The position numbers and the translations under genes were made by a program. A stretch of 64,000 nucleotides of DNA from the NCBI GenBank assembly GCA_038208115.1, contig JBBQZC010000001.1, forward strand, positions 77,977 through 141,976, given 5' to 3'. The notes under the pieces are model-generated. The model was not told the origin of the DNA. It worked only from the letters and a program-made list of their open reading frames with translations, and did no database searches. Shown piece after piece: positions 28,366 through 39,064 of this stretch; position 1 is the first letter of the stretch; every line of letters starts with the position of its first letter. Source of the DNA: Candidatus Moraniibacteriota bacterium (GTDB lineage: Bacteria > Patescibacteriota > Minisyncoccia > Moranbacterales > GCA-2747515).

Positions 28366-30603
28366 ATGAGAGAGATTCTTCATAACAAAAAAGGCCTTTT
28401 TATTAGTGGTATATTAGCTATTTTGAGCATGATTATCATGCTTTGTAAATCGCCGACGATATTACCCGCATTTTCGATCAAATATACTATTCTTCTAGGT
28501 TCATACTTTTTTTATATTTTATCAACATGTATCGCCCTATGGCACGTTATTTCATCATCTCGTCATACACGGTGGTTCGACAAGATTACTGTATTGAGCA
28601 TGCTCATTAGTCCATCTGTTCTCGTGGTCTTGATCGGTATTGACATTGCTCATATTCCCGTTTCTCAAATCTATATGATACTCAGTGGCTTCTTTGTAGT
28701 ATTTTTTGGTACATTACTCATCATTCGTTACCATCTCAAAAATCCTCCGCTACTCACACCCACTACGTCACATGATCATAAAGCCCACAATTATACATCA
28801 CTACTATTAGTTTTTGGTGCGTTATGCATTTATCTCTATTTTGGCTTGCATCATCTCGGAAAAGAAATTTATGTCGATGAAAAACTTTGGATCTACAGTC
28901 GCATTGAAACATACTGGGAAAACATTGCTTCACATGATTGGGTGAACACGAGACCAAGTGACAAGCCTGGCATTACAACGACGATTGTTACCGGACCAGG
29001 TTTGTTTTTTTATGACCCCAGTGATTATGATAGAGGCAGTAAAAATAAGGATGACCTCGAACACATGTTTTATGCATTACGACTACCTCAACTTTTATTT
29101 ATTGGCATGCTATTGATTGTTGCATTCTTTTTAGCGCAAAAACTCTATGCGCGTACTACTGCAACTTTTTTTCTAATATTGATTTCTTGTTCACCATTAT
29201 TGTTGGGTATTTCGCGCATCATTAATCCTGATGCGCTTCTGTGGATATTTTTTATCATTTGTTTTATTAGTTATATTCTCTATCTCCAAAAAAATTATTT
29301 GTCATATTTGTATATCACAGGCATCTTTCTCGGACTTGCCCTTCTCACAAAATATGTGTCAAACATCTTTATCTTATTTTTTTTCTTGATTACATTTATT
29401 GATCCACTGTTGCATCACACATCACCCAAAAATATCGCATTTATACTTCTCCGCCGTCTGAAACATTTTGGTATTATGCTCTTTATAGCACTTTCGATTT
29501 TCTTTGTCTTATACCCAGGCGCATGGGTACGTCACGATCGACTACTTATTGCGACGATCTATTCTGAAGCATTTATATCAACATGGAAATACTTTTTTGC
29601 ACTTTTATGTTTCATGATTGGCATGCTCTATATAAAAAAAGGGATATTTTATGAAAAGATCTACATCTTTCTCTTTTCTCACATCAGAACAATTCTTCGC
29701 ATATCTATTACACTTATGTGCTCAATAATCGCAATCGTACTATATAACACCTACACGAACATGTCTCTCTTTGACTTTTCTCACATCATTGAATCACCGA
29801 AATCAATCTACCGAGACGTGTCTTCGATAGCTATTTTTATTACGTCATTTTATCCACTCATCTTTGGTGTGACTCCTATTGTTTTGATATTGTTCATTTA
29901 TGCAATGCTTCTTGCTCTGAAAAATAAGACATACACTACATCTACAAAAACAGTATTCTATGGGATTTTGTTTATTTTTCTGTATTACCTCGGATCAGTA
30001 ATAAATAATGTAGTTCCAATCATACGGTATCAAATTGTTCTCTATCCACTAGTGATTCTCATTGCCAGTATTGGACTTGGACACCTTTTCAATAAGTCTT
30101 TATTTAAAAAATGGTTTATTCCCTTTGCATGTGTATTGTGTGCAATAAGCATTTTGCAATTATCGCAGCTTACTGGCTACTATTTTTCATACAGTAGCCC
30201 TCTATTACCAAATAAATTTATCATAAATTCCAAAGACATGGGGGATGGCAATTATGAGATTGCGCAATATCTTAACGCATTACCACATCCTGAAAAAATT
30301 CTCGTATGGACAGACAAAGCTGGCGTGTGCCAATTTTTCAAAGGTACCTGCATAAGCATTACCAAGGACCAAAGCATAATTGACCTTGCGCCAACCATTG
30401 ATTATTATATTGTATCTCAAAATCGACAAAACTATTTCACTCGACTTACGCAACAAAAATTATCACATGACCCATTATACAAAATCCGATTCGATAAATT
30501 ATATGATCCACATGCTACGATCGTATATGAGATCATTCCAAATAACCATCCTGGACAATTTATGCGCATCATCGACGGAACAAAGGTCAATATAATTCAA
30601 TAA
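28366..30603 (+). CDS. GT-C glycosyltransferase (ArnT/PMT-like)
   Basis: VDEKLW, DKPG, LRLP, SRIINPD and LALLTKY. Confidence 0.85.
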   Translation: MREILHNKKGLFISGILAILSMIIMLCKSPTILPAFSIKYTILLGSYFFYILSTCIALWHVISSSRHTRWFDKITVLSMLISPSVLVVLIGIDIAHIPVSQIYMILSGFFVVFFGTLLIIRYHLKNPPLLTPTTSHDHKAHNYTSLLLVFGALCIYLYFGLHHLGKEIYVDEKLWIYSRIETYWENIASHDWVNTRPSDKPGITTTIVTGPGLFFYDPSDYDRGSKNKDDLEHMFYALRLPQLLFIGMLLIVAFFLAQKLYARTTATFFLILISCSPLLLGISRIINPDALLWIFFIICFISYILYLQKNYLSYLYITGIFLGLALLTKYVSNIFILFFFLITFIDPLLHHTSPKNIAFILLRRLKHFGIMLFIALSIFFVLYPGAWVRHDRLLIATIYSEAFISTWKYFFALLCFMIGMLYIKKGIFYEKIYIFLFSHIRTILRISITLMCSIIAIVLYNTYTNMSLFDFSHIIESPKSIYRDVSSIAIFITSFYPLIFGVTPIVLILFIYAMLLALKNKTYTTSTKTVFYGILFIFLYYLGSVINNVVPIIRYQIVLYPLVILIASIGLGHLFNKSLFKKWFIPFACVLCAISILQLSQLTGYYFSYSSPLLPNKFIINSKDMGDGNYEIAQYLNALPHPEKILVWTDKAGVCQFFKGTCISITKDQSIIDLAPTIDYYIVSQNRQNYFTRLTQQKLSHDPLYKIRFDKLYDPHATIVYEIIPNNHPGQFMRIIDGTKVNIIQ

Positions 30604-30615
30604 ATCAATACAAGC

Positions 30616-32523
30616 ATGTATTTATCACTTCTAAAAAAAATTTTTACCAAAGAGCAAACCATGATTTATGGACTACTGATTTGCAGTCTAAGTATATTTT
30701 TTCTATTTGGACTGTATCATCTTGCAAAATTTGAAACGACAGATGAGCACTTGTGGAAATATGGCCGCATCAAGCAGTATTGGCAAGCAATCGCGACGCA
30801 TGATTGGGATAAAACATACATTAATGATAAGCCGGGGGTAACCGTCGCTCTTATTTCTGGCATTGGACTTCTTACTCAACCAAATCCAGAAGATCAATTT
30901 ATATCAAGTACAGACAATACTCGGATTTTTGAGCAATATGACAGCACAAAAACCCAACCGGTCAATTTTGCCTTTCGTCTTCCTATATTAATTTTTGCCA
31001 CACTATCACTGATCATATTTTTTTTGCTCATCAACAAAATTTATGACGATCTCATACTGGCACTCTTTGCAACAGCGTTATTAGCGATCAATCCCATACT
31101 ACTCGGCATGTCACAAATCATCAATCCTGATAGTTTTTATTGGATATTTGGCGGTTGCGCCTCTCTTGCGTATATCGGACTGATTGAAAAAAGAAAACGG
31201 ATATATTTATTTTTGTGCATTATATTTACAGGTGGTGCACTTTTATCAAAATATACTGCGTTTACTCTTGTTGTATTCTATGCACTTTATTGGTTTGCTT
31301 CACACGCGTTTGTATCAAAAGATCTCTCAATGGAAAAAAATGATTTTTTTCATACAATCAAAAATCTTATTACAATTGCTATTATTATGATCGGCGCCAT
31401 CGGTGTCTTTATCATCTTTCTCCCTGCATCTTTTACTCACCCATCCTACATTTTCAAAGGATTATCACAGTTTATTCTTGCCAAAAATCTTCCCTATATT
31501 TTTTTTATGGGGGCAATTGGTTTTGGTAGTATATATCTATTCAAAATGTACTACACGCCCATAATGAAATTTATTCACGCTAAAAATAAATTTTTTCTTT
31601 ACTTCGCAGTAATTCCTTTTGTATTAATCTTTGTAATAAATTTCTTCAATACATGGACAGGTCAAAAACTCATCCCATTTGATAACTTGCGCGAAGCATC
31701 ATATGCCAACGAGCCAAATGCATTCAATTTTAAGCCCTATCTCAAAGATGTGTCCAAAACAGAAAAAAAGATCACAATATTTTTCACAAATGCCTATCCT
31801 TTTACATTTTCTCTCAATATCATTATGCTAGGCGGTTCGTTTGTATTGATCTACTGGACATGCACTCGAGACATTGCGATTGATCGAAAGCGTCTCGTTT
31901 TTTCCGTCACTGCATTTACAGTTATATACTTTGTCCTTACTGTATTTGCACGTGTTGTGACAAATGTGCGATATGTGATCATGCTCTACCCCTTCATTGC
32001 ATTGCTTGCAGCACAAGCTCTGCGTGAATTTACATTACGATTTAACACTCCATTTAAAAAATATCCTCTGTTGATAGTGTGTTTCATTCTCATTTACGGT
32101 GCTACTATATTTTGGTCAATTCGTCCGTTCTATTTTAGTTATGCTAACGCTCTACTCCCACAACAATTTTCAATTCATGATTCATGGGGACACGGATCTT
32201 ACGAGGCGGCGCAATATCTCAATGCTCTGCCAAATGCAAAAGATATTATCATATTCTCAAATAGCGATACTGTATGTCGATTTTTTGTCGGGAGATGCTT
32301 GCGAAACCGAAAGATCGATCTCGCAATTGTAACTCCAGATTATTTTGTAATCACAAAACGTGGTGAGATTAAGGTGCGAAACAGATTCATCTTGGAAAAT
32401 AATCCTTACCCGAAAAAAGACAGTGACTACTATTTCAAAAAGCTTCATTCCGCCCCAACATGGCAATTATTGATCAATAATCGACCAGATAATTATATAT
32501 CTATTATGCAATATGAAAAATGA
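30616..32523 (+). CDS. GT-C glycosyltransferase, paralog of the upstream gene
   Basis: TDEHLW, DKPG, FRLP, SQIINPD, ALLSKY and YEAAQYLNALP, shared with 28366..30603. Confidence 0.85.
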   Translation: MYLSLLKKIFTKEQTMIYGLLICSLSIFFLFGLYHLAKFETTDEHLWKYGRIKQYWQAIATHDWDKTYINDKPGVTVALISGIGLLTQPNPEDQFISSTDNTRIFEQYDSTKTQPVNFAFRLPILIFATLSLIIFFLLINKIYDDLILALFATALLAINPILLGMSQIINPDSFYWIFGGCASLAYIGLIEKRKRIYLFLCIIFTGGALLSKYTAFTLVVFYALYWFASHAFVSKDLSMEKNDFFHTIKNLITIAIIMIGAIGVFIIFLPASFTHPSYIFKGLSQFILAKNLPYIFFMGAIGFGSIYLFKMYYTPIMKFIHAKNKFFLYFAVIPFVLIFVINFFNTWTGQKLIPFDNLREASYANEPNAFNFKPYLKDVSKTEKKITIFFTNAYPFTFSLNIIMLGGSFVLIYWTCTRDIAIDRKRLVFSVTAFTVIYFVLTVFARVVTNVRYVIMLYPFIALLAAQALREFTLRFNTPFKKYPLLIVCFILIYGATIFWSIRPFYFSYANALLPQQFSIHDSWGHGSYEAAQYLNALPNAKDIIIFSNSDTVCRFFVGRCLRNRKIDLAIVTPDYFVITKRGEIKVRNRFILENNPYPKKDSDYYFKKLHSAPTWQLLINNRPDNYISIMQYEK

Positions 32524-34123
32524 TTTTTTAATGTTTGTACATAAACACACGTTTTTTCTCTTCCTCATCGCAATCATCTGTATTGGTGCTTTTTTACGGT
32601 TTTATAATTTCACTAATCTCCTTCGATTCAATAATGATCAAGTGCGCGACATGAAAACTGTTACTGCTATGATCTCTGCACATGAATTTCCTTTGCTAGG
32701 ACCAAAGGCTGGAGGTACATCGTTTAGGCTTGGCCCTACGTTCTACTACATGGAATATGCATCGGCGTTGGTTTTTGGCGATTCTCCACAAGGTGTTGCA
32801 TTTTTTGTTCCGATTCTTGGCACATTATCGATCATTCTTTTTTATCTTCTTATTAGTAAGTGTTATTCATCCATAACTACACTTTCACTCACATTTCTCT
32901 ATGCCACATCCTTTTATATCATCAAATATTCTCGATTTGCTTGGAATCCAAATGTAATTCCTTTTTTCCTTTTTGCATTTTTTCTCATTCTTCTCAAAAT
33001 CATTTCTTTCGATACAAAAAAAAATTATTGGTGGTTTTGTGGACTTGGCATTATTTCAGGTATTTCTATGCAACTCCATACCACATTACTAATTCTCATA
33101 CCAATTTTTATCACTCTTGCTTTTATTTACTCTTATACAAAAACAAAAAAAATACCTTTTTTAGGTATTAGTATCACGTGCATATTTATCGCGATCAATC
33201 TCTTGCCAATGGCTCTCTATGACGTCATGAACAACGGTGAAAATGTAATCGCTTTTTTCCACGGTTCAGAATCCAAGGGTGCCTTAAGAGAATCTGTATT
33301 CCATAACATTCTCTTGGATGGACAGTTATTTGTGCAAAGCACAACATATGTGCTTACAGGTATCGAACACACCAAAAATTGGACTGATGCAAAAAAACTC
33401 ATCCTCATGCACAATTTTAAGGAAATTTTCTTTGCATTGATCAGTATATTTCTTTTTCTTTACGGTTTATATCTATTTATCATACGGACAAAGCTCTCCA
33501 GACAATCCACTGTCAAATCCGATCTTCATCTGATTCTTTTGACTGCATCTTTGATATGCTTTGTGTTATATATACCAATTGCGCATGAACTCAATACCCG
33601 ATTTTTTATCATAATCATTTTTTTGCCATTTATATTCTTGGGATCTTTTTTTGATATGTTACTTCAGCATACTAAAATTCCTCGCAAATTTAGTATTGTA
33701 ATAATTACATTGTGCACATGTGCACTATTTGGTTCAAATATAAAAATGTATGCATCTGCATATAATCTGAACAACACAGAAATAGACACATCCATTTATG
33801 GCGGAATAAGCATGCAAGAATTGCAATCAATCATTTCCTATATGGATAAAAAGACCAAGGAATCAAACACGGAAATGATCTACTTACTACCAAATACATT
33901 TGGTCAATCCTTTCGCTCTGTTGCGCAAGACGCTGAAATACCTCTTACCACTTACCCTGCTGGAAAGATCAGCACTGATTCCCTCGCATTTTTTTTATCT
34001 GATAAACCAAACAAAACAATTTTATCTAAAGATTTACAACCGTGTTTTGATCTCATAGAATCACAAAAGATTTACCGTTTTCGAGTCTTTGCATTACAAA
34101 AAACATCTTCTGAATGCAAATAA
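32513..34123 (+). CDS. GT-C glycosyltransferase, paralog of 24848..26593
   Basis: FLRFY...DQVRD, PLLGP, EYASALVFGD and SRFAWNPN. Confidence 0.85.
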   Translation: MKNDFLMFVHKHTFFLFLIAIICIGAFLRFYNFTNLLRFNNDQVRDMKTVTAMISAHEFPLLGPKAGGTSFRLGPTFYYMEYASALVFGDSPQGVAFFVPILGTLSIILFYLLISKCYSSITTLSLTFLYATSFYIIKYSRFAWNPNVIPFFLFAFFLILLKIISFDTKKNYWWFCGLGIISGISMQLHTTLLILIPIFITLAFIYSYTKTKKIPFLGISITCIFIAINLLPMALYDVMNNGENVIAFFHGSESKGALRESVFHNILLDGQLFVQSTTYVLTGIEHTKNWTDAKKLILMHNFKEIFFALISIFLFLYGLYLFIIRTKLSRQSTVKSDLHLILLTASLICFVLYIPIAHELNTRFFIIIIFLPFIFLGSFFDMLLQHTKIPRKFSIVIITLCTCALFGSNIKMYASAYNLNNTEIDTSIYGGISMQELQSIISYMDKKTKESNTEMIYLLPNTFGQSFRSVAQDAEIPLTTYPAGKISTDSLAFFLSDKPNKTILSKDLQPCFDLIESQKIYRFRVFALQKTSSECK

Positions 34124-34155
34124 AAAACGCTTCAGAACTTTTCTGAGGCGCTTTT
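34123..34155. terminator. Bidirectional intrinsic terminator
   Basis: aaaaacgcttcagaa-ctt-ttctgaggcgctttt between convergent genes. Confidence 0.7.
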
Positions 34156-34175
34156 CGTATAATCATTTATATCTT

Positions 34176-35036
34176 CTACTCACCAATTTCCATTTCTCCA
34201 TCTACGTTAGTTATACTACCAAATGCATTTTGTAATTCTACACGAGCCTTCAGCATAGTAACTTTGAATGCGTCAATCGCATTTTGTGCAGCTTCCTTTT
34301 TGCGCTGTGTTAATACGTGGATTTCTGAGCCCATAGTACGAGTATCACGCACACCCGATCGAAATGTTTCACGTGCAGTTTTCAAATCATCATTAAGTGT
34401 TTTTGCAATTGATTTTAGATCCGTTTCTGATGACGTATCAGTACATGCTCCTTTTGCCTTTACGATAGCAGCATTTTCTGCAGTCTTGTAATCCGCAAAT
34501 AATTGGTCTATTTCATCTTGTTTTTTTGTTGTCAGTGCATCCACATCGGTTTGCATTTTCTTTGTTGCATTATCTATTGCTGCACGACGTATCGTAACAG
34601 CTTCCTCGATCGTTGTCTCAAATTGCTGTACAGCAGTTTTTTGCTCATCAGTAATCGCCTTCATGAGCAATTTATCGTAAAATGCCTGTCTCTGTGTATC
34701 ACGCATTTCTCTACGAGCCAGCAATTCTTCATGTCCAATCGTTCGTTTCTGTTGTACTTGCGTTAATCGTTGTGTGATTTTGCCTTGAGCCAGCTGTTCT
34801 CGATCGGCGGTTTTTTTGCCCATACTTTCGATTCGTTTTGATATCCGTTCACATACTTTTTCTGATTTTTTATCTGCTATTTTGATCTTTTTTTCCGAAA
34901 TCATTGCTTCGCGATCTGCTTTTTTATCATCACGCGCAGCAGCACGGTCAGCATCATTGCCTGCAACGGCATATACAGACTGTGTTGCAATAACTGCTGA
35001 TAACATCATACCTGAAATAATAATTGCTTTTTTCAT
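34176..35036 (-). CDS. Secreted alpha-helical/coiled-coil protein
   Basis: Signal peptide ending VYA; K/R/E/A-rich helical sequence. Confidence 0.7.
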   Translation of the reverse strand: MKKAIIISGMMLSAVIATQSVYAVAGNDADRAAARDDKKADREAMISEKKIKIADKKSEKVCERISKRIESMGKKTADREQLAQGKITQRLTQVQQKRTIGHEELLARREMRDTQRQAFYDKLLMKAITDEQKTAVQQFETTIEEAVTIRRAAIDNATKKMQTDVDALTTKKQDEIDQLFADYKTAENAAIVKAKGACTDTSSETDLKSIAKTLNDDLKTARETFRSGVRDTRTMGSEIHVLTQRKKEAAQNAIDAFKVTMLKARVELQNAFGSITNVDGEMEIGE

Positions 35037-35057
35037 ATAATATTCTTTTACTGCTAA

Positions 35058-35351
35058 TTACAATGTGACAGTTTCCTCTGCCATCAATTCTTCTATTTCA
35101 CCAAAATCTGCACTTTCATCAACCAAAAGATCTTCTCCGTCAAATTCGAGATCCTCATCAGCCAAGACATCTATTTTCTCTTGTTTTATCTGTACATTTA
35201 TCTCCTCTTTTTTTTGTACAGAGTTTTTTGTGTCATCAATCGTGATCATATCACTGTCGATCTCAGTAATGGTGCGTGAATAATAAACAAGAAATCCGCT
35301 AACAATAACGACTACAGCAATAAAGATTGCCATATAGTGCCAACTCTTCAT
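35058..35351 (-). CDS. Small membrane-anchored acidic protein
   Basis: N-terminal TM and a very acidic tail; start set at MKSWH. Confidence 0.6.
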   Translation of the reverse strand: MKSWHYMAIFIAVVVIVSGFLVYYSRTITEIDSDMITIDDTKNSVQKKEEINVQIKQEKIDVLADEDLEFDGEDLLVDESADFGEIEELMAEETVTL

Positions 35352-35465
35352 ATATATTTTTATTAATGTATTACAAATGAATACTATCACAAAATAGCTA
35401 CAAATGAAATCCCTTAATTCAATAGTCCATCTAAAATATGTGCTTTTTCAGCAAAAAGAAATTGA

Positions 35466-36413
35466 TCAATTTTGTGTTGAGATGATCTTATTTTTCATAT
35501 AGTATGGCAAAGCAATGCAACTCACACACATTTGCAAAAATCGTGATAACAACACAACTGCAACAAGTGCACTATTTGCAACACCAAAGACACTAAAGAG
35601 AAGAACATACGACCACTCTTTGGTTCCTATATTACCCACACTGATCGGGATCGATGATATGACGTTTGTCAGAAAGATGACGCTCATAAAATCAAGTAGC
35701 GATAATTGAATATTTAATGCCATAAAAAGCATATAGTGAGCAAACGCAATACCAATAAATGAAAATGCAGTCGAATATACGATAGCTGAAATCATCACAG
35801 ACCAATCGCGAAATTGAGAAATTTTATCTCCATAATCCCGTACGACACGAGGTAAAATATTGAATATTTTTTGAAAAAATTGGTGATGAAAAAAAGTAAC
35901 AAAAAAAACATCAAAACAAAAACTGATAAACACAATGAGGATTAGTGTTTGAATAGCTGGATACTCTGATAATAGTGGATAATTGATCAAACTTAACATC
36001 GCAGCCAAAAAAATCAAAACACTCAGTCCGCTCGCTCGATCAGTAAAAACCGTCGCCGAGCTATCTCGCAATCGCGAATTTTTCTTCCCAAGTTGATAAA
36101 TGCGATATGCATCGCCACCAAGAGTTGATGGTAAAAAATTATTTACAAAAGTTCCAGTAAGATATGTTTTCAAATAAAAACTGTATGATTGAGTAAAGTG
36201 ATCATGTTTTGCGAGTTTGCACCATTTGAGAGCACTTATACATAATCCGAAGACATAAAAAATAATAAATAACACAATATATTGCCACTTCGCATGCACA
36301 ATATAATCAAACACCAAAGTCCAATTCACGCTACGCACCAACACATACACCAAAATAATGGCAATAATAATTTTAGCAATTTTCTTTGCGTGATAAACAA
36401 TTCTATTTTTCAT
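35466..36413 (-). CDS. Lysylphosphatidylglycerol-synthase-TM (UPF0104) family putative flippase
   Basis: FVNNFLPSTLGGDAYR, TDR and IPISVGNIGTKE. Confidence 0.85.
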   Translation of the reverse strand: MKNRIVYHAKKIAKIIIAIILVYVLVRSVNWTLVFDYIVHAKWQYIVLFIIFYVFGLCISALKWCKLAKHDHFTQSYSFYLKTYLTGTFVNNFLPSTLGGDAYRIYQLGKKNSRLRDSSATVFTDRASGLSVLIFLAAMLSLINYPLLSEYPAIQTLILIVFISFCFDVFFVTFFHHQFFQKIFNILPRVVRDYGDKISQFRDWSVMISAIVYSTAFSFIGIAFAHYMLFMALNIQLSLLDFMSVIFLTNVISSIPISVGNIGTKEWSYVLLFSVFGVANSALVAVVLLSRFLQMCVSCIALPYYMKNKIISTQN

Positions 36414-37567
36414 GTAATCGTATTATACAGTTTAACATAATCGTCTGCCACACTTTTCCAGCTCATTTGCATAGCAATCGTTCGACTTGCATGCCCAAAC
36501 GCATCGCAAATTTCAGGATTTTCTATTAATATCTTCAAATTCTGCACGATAGATCCAACATCATGCATTTTGATCACATAACCATTTTCACCATTGCGTA
36601 TAAGCTCTTCTGCACCACCCGTAGGCGTCATAAGAACCGGAAGACCTGACGCAATAGCTTCAAGCAGATTATTACTCATACCCTCATTCAGTGACGGCAT
36701 GACAAATACATCTGCATCATTATATATTTGTGGAGATTCATCTTTGGTGTATATTCCAGTAAAGATCACACGACCATCTAAACGATACTTTTTTACTTGT
36801 TGCTTCAACTCTTCCATTGCATTTCCCTCTCCCCCTGCAATCGTCATGCGAATATGCGGATAAAAATCAAATAGCTCTGCGAAAGCATCAATAGCATAAT
36901 TGAATCCTTTACGACGCGATAGACGTGATGCGAGAAGTATGTGAAATTGTTTTTTACGATCAGTAACTGTACGCATACCAGATTGATAAAAAGTTGTGTC
37001 TACACCATTATATATCTGTATAAAATTTTGATGTGGAGCACTTTTTGATGCAAGCTCAGTCAAGCCTTTACTATTTGTCACAACATGCGTTCCCTCACGC
37101 CACACGCGACAGATGATCGGTGCGATCAATTGATACAACATCGTAAATCGCTCACTATAACCAGGCACATCCGCGCCACGAAGTGACACAATATACGGAA
37201 TGTGATATGTGCGCTTCAAAAGCAATGAAATAAAACCACATGGTACACCAAAAAAACTATGCGTAAGATCATACGTATTTTTTTTGATCAGTTTTTTGCT
37301 AAACCAATACGCCTTCCAGGTATATGTAAGCAGCTCTCCACGTGTTTGATATTTGAGTTGATTTGTTTTTTTGCCAATCGGTAATCGATGGATTGTGACA
37401 TTTTCACCAATTTTTTCCTGCAAATATCTTTTGCCAATGGCCGATGTAATCAAATCGACAATCACATCATCCCGTTTTGCATATTCCTCTAGGATATATC
37501 GCGTTGCATTTCCAGCTCCACCACCCAATGGCGGATATTCATAATTGAAAAATAAAATTCTTTTCAT
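36410..37567 (-). CDS. Glycosyltransferase family 4
   Basis: YEYPPLGGG, NGVD and PSLNEGMSNNLLEAIASGLPV. Confidence 0.9.
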   Translation of the reverse strand: MKRILFFNYEYPPLGGGAGNATRYILEEYAKRDDVIVDLITSAIGKRYLQEKIGENVTIHRLPIGKKTNQLKYQTRGELLTYTWKAYWFSKKLIKKNTYDLTHSFFGVPCGFISLLLKRTYHIPYIVSLRGADVPGYSERFTMLYQLIAPIICRVWREGTHVVTNSKGLTELASKSAPHQNFIQIYNGVDTTFYQSGMRTVTDRKKQFHILLASRLSRRKGFNYAIDAFAELFDFYPHIRMTIAGGEGNAMEELKQQVKKYRLDGRVIFTGIYTKDESPQIYNDADVFVMPSLNEGMSNNLLEAIASGLPVLMTPTGGAEELIRNGENGYVIKMHDVGSIVQNLKILIENPEICDAFGHASRTIAMQMSWKSVADDYVKLYNTIT

Positions 37568-37583
37568 ATAATCATTATACACT

Positions 37584-37627
37584 AAAAAAAAATTACCGAA
37601 AACTATATTATACAGCTTTCGGCAATC
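37584..37627 (-). terminator. Intrinsic terminator after ugd
   Basis: Minus strand reads gattgccgaaagctgta-taa-tatagttttcggtaatt followed by a T-run. Confidence 0.7.
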
Positions 37628-37641
37628 AGCTACATCAATAC

Positions 37642-38958
37642 CTATCCACGTCCAACGCCAATATATTGAAACCCATATCTTCGCACATCCTCTGGCTTAT
37701 AGACATTACGAAGGTCAATAAATGTTGCCTTCCCTGCAGTCATTACAGATCGCAATCTCTCAAGATCGATGGCGCGATATTGATTCCATTCCGTTAACAG
37801 TACAACCGCATCAGCTCCAGCACACGCATCATAAGCGTCTGCACAATATACGATTTCATTCGGCAAAATATGCCTTGCTTCTTCCATGGATTGTGGATCA
37901 TGCGACCGAATAATCACACCCCTTTCAATAAGCGCCGGAAGAATCGTAAGCGCCGGAGCATCACGCATATCATCAGTTTCTGGTTTAAAGGCAAGTCCTA
38001 AAACAGCTACTGTTTTACCCGCCTCATTCTGCCCTAAAACATCACGGATTTTTTTCACCATTCTTGCTTTTTGTCCAGCATTAGCTTCGACAGCAGCCTC
38101 AACAATCCGCAATTGTTCACCATTTTCTTGAGCTGTGCGGATCAATGCTACTGTGTCTTTAGGAAAACATGAGCCTCCATAACCTGGTCCTGGATGAAGA
38201 AATTTTCTTCCAATTCTTCCATCCATACCAATCCCTCTTGCAAGATCCACGACATCTGCACCGAGAACATCACACAGATGAGAAATCTCATTAATAAAGC
38301 TAATTTTTATTGCAAGAAAAGCATTTGCAGCATACTTGATCAATTCGGCTGTTTCAATGTCAGTTTTGACGATTGGTGTTTCTTGAAGAAATATAGGATT
38401 GTAAATAGTTCGTAGAATTTCTTCTGCCCGTCCCGAATTAACACCAATGACGATGCGATCTGGATGTGTAAAATCTGCGATAGCAGCACCCTCACGCAAA
38501 AATTCTGGATTTGATGCAACATCAAAATCAGCTTGCGGTGCAGTATCTGCAATGATACGAGCAACCTGCCGCGCTGTACCAACAGGAACAGTACTCTTAT
38601 CAACAATGACAGTGTAATCACGAAGATATCGTGCGATATCACGAGCTGCAGCATACACATACGTCAAATCTGCATAGCCATCCCCCCGACGACTCGTCGG
38701 TGTACCTACGGCAATAAAAACGGCATCGGCATGTGGCACCACACTACCCAGATTAGTAGTGAAAAACAAATGTTTACTTTCAACACCAGCTTGCACGAGA
38801 TCTGCAAGACCCGGCTCATAAATTGGCATCTTCCCCTCTTGAATTTGACGAATTTTTTGATCATCCGTATCCACACAGACAACTTCGTGACCAAATGATG
38901 CAAAACACGCACCCGTTACCAATCCCACATAACCTGTTCCTACCATGACAATTTTCAT
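37642..38958 (-). CDS. ugd: UDP-glucose 6-dehydrogenase
   Basis: GTGYVG, KSTVPVGT, SNPEFLREG, GYGGSCFPKD and GLAFKPETDDMR. Confidence 0.93.
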   Translation of the reverse strand: MKIVMVGTGYVGLVTGACFASFGHEVVCVDTDDQKIRQIQEGKMPIYEPGLADLVQAGVESKHLFFTTNLGSVVPHADAVFIAVGTPTSRRGDGYADLTYVYAAARDIARYLRDYTVIVDKSTVPVGTARQVARIIADTAPQADFDVASNPEFLREGAAIADFTHPDRIVIGVNSGRAEEILRTIYNPIFLQETPIVKTDIETAELIKYAANAFLAIKISFINEISHLCDVLGADVVDLARGIGMDGRIGRKFLHPGPGYGGSCFPKDTVALIRTAQENGEQLRIVEAAVEANAGQKARMVKKIRDVLGQNEAGKTVAVLGLAFKPETDDMRDAPALTILPALIERGVIIRSHDPQSMEEARHILPNEIVYCADAYDACAGADAVVLLTEWNQYRAIDLERLRSVMTAGKATFIDLRNVYKPEDVRRYGFQYIGVGRG

Positions 38959-39064
38959 ATAAAATTGCTCCTTTTCTCCAGAATTTTTGAAATCAAAAAA
39001 ATACTAGCATCATCTCAATGAACTCTGCTCAGTATAAGTGAGGCACTAAAAATATGCAAGAAAT

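Noticed and set aside
37642-38958. ugd as a recent horizontal acquisition (looks GC-richer, has its own terminator)
   Set aside because: Conserved enzymes such as galE look similarly GC-richer here; a phylogeny is needed.
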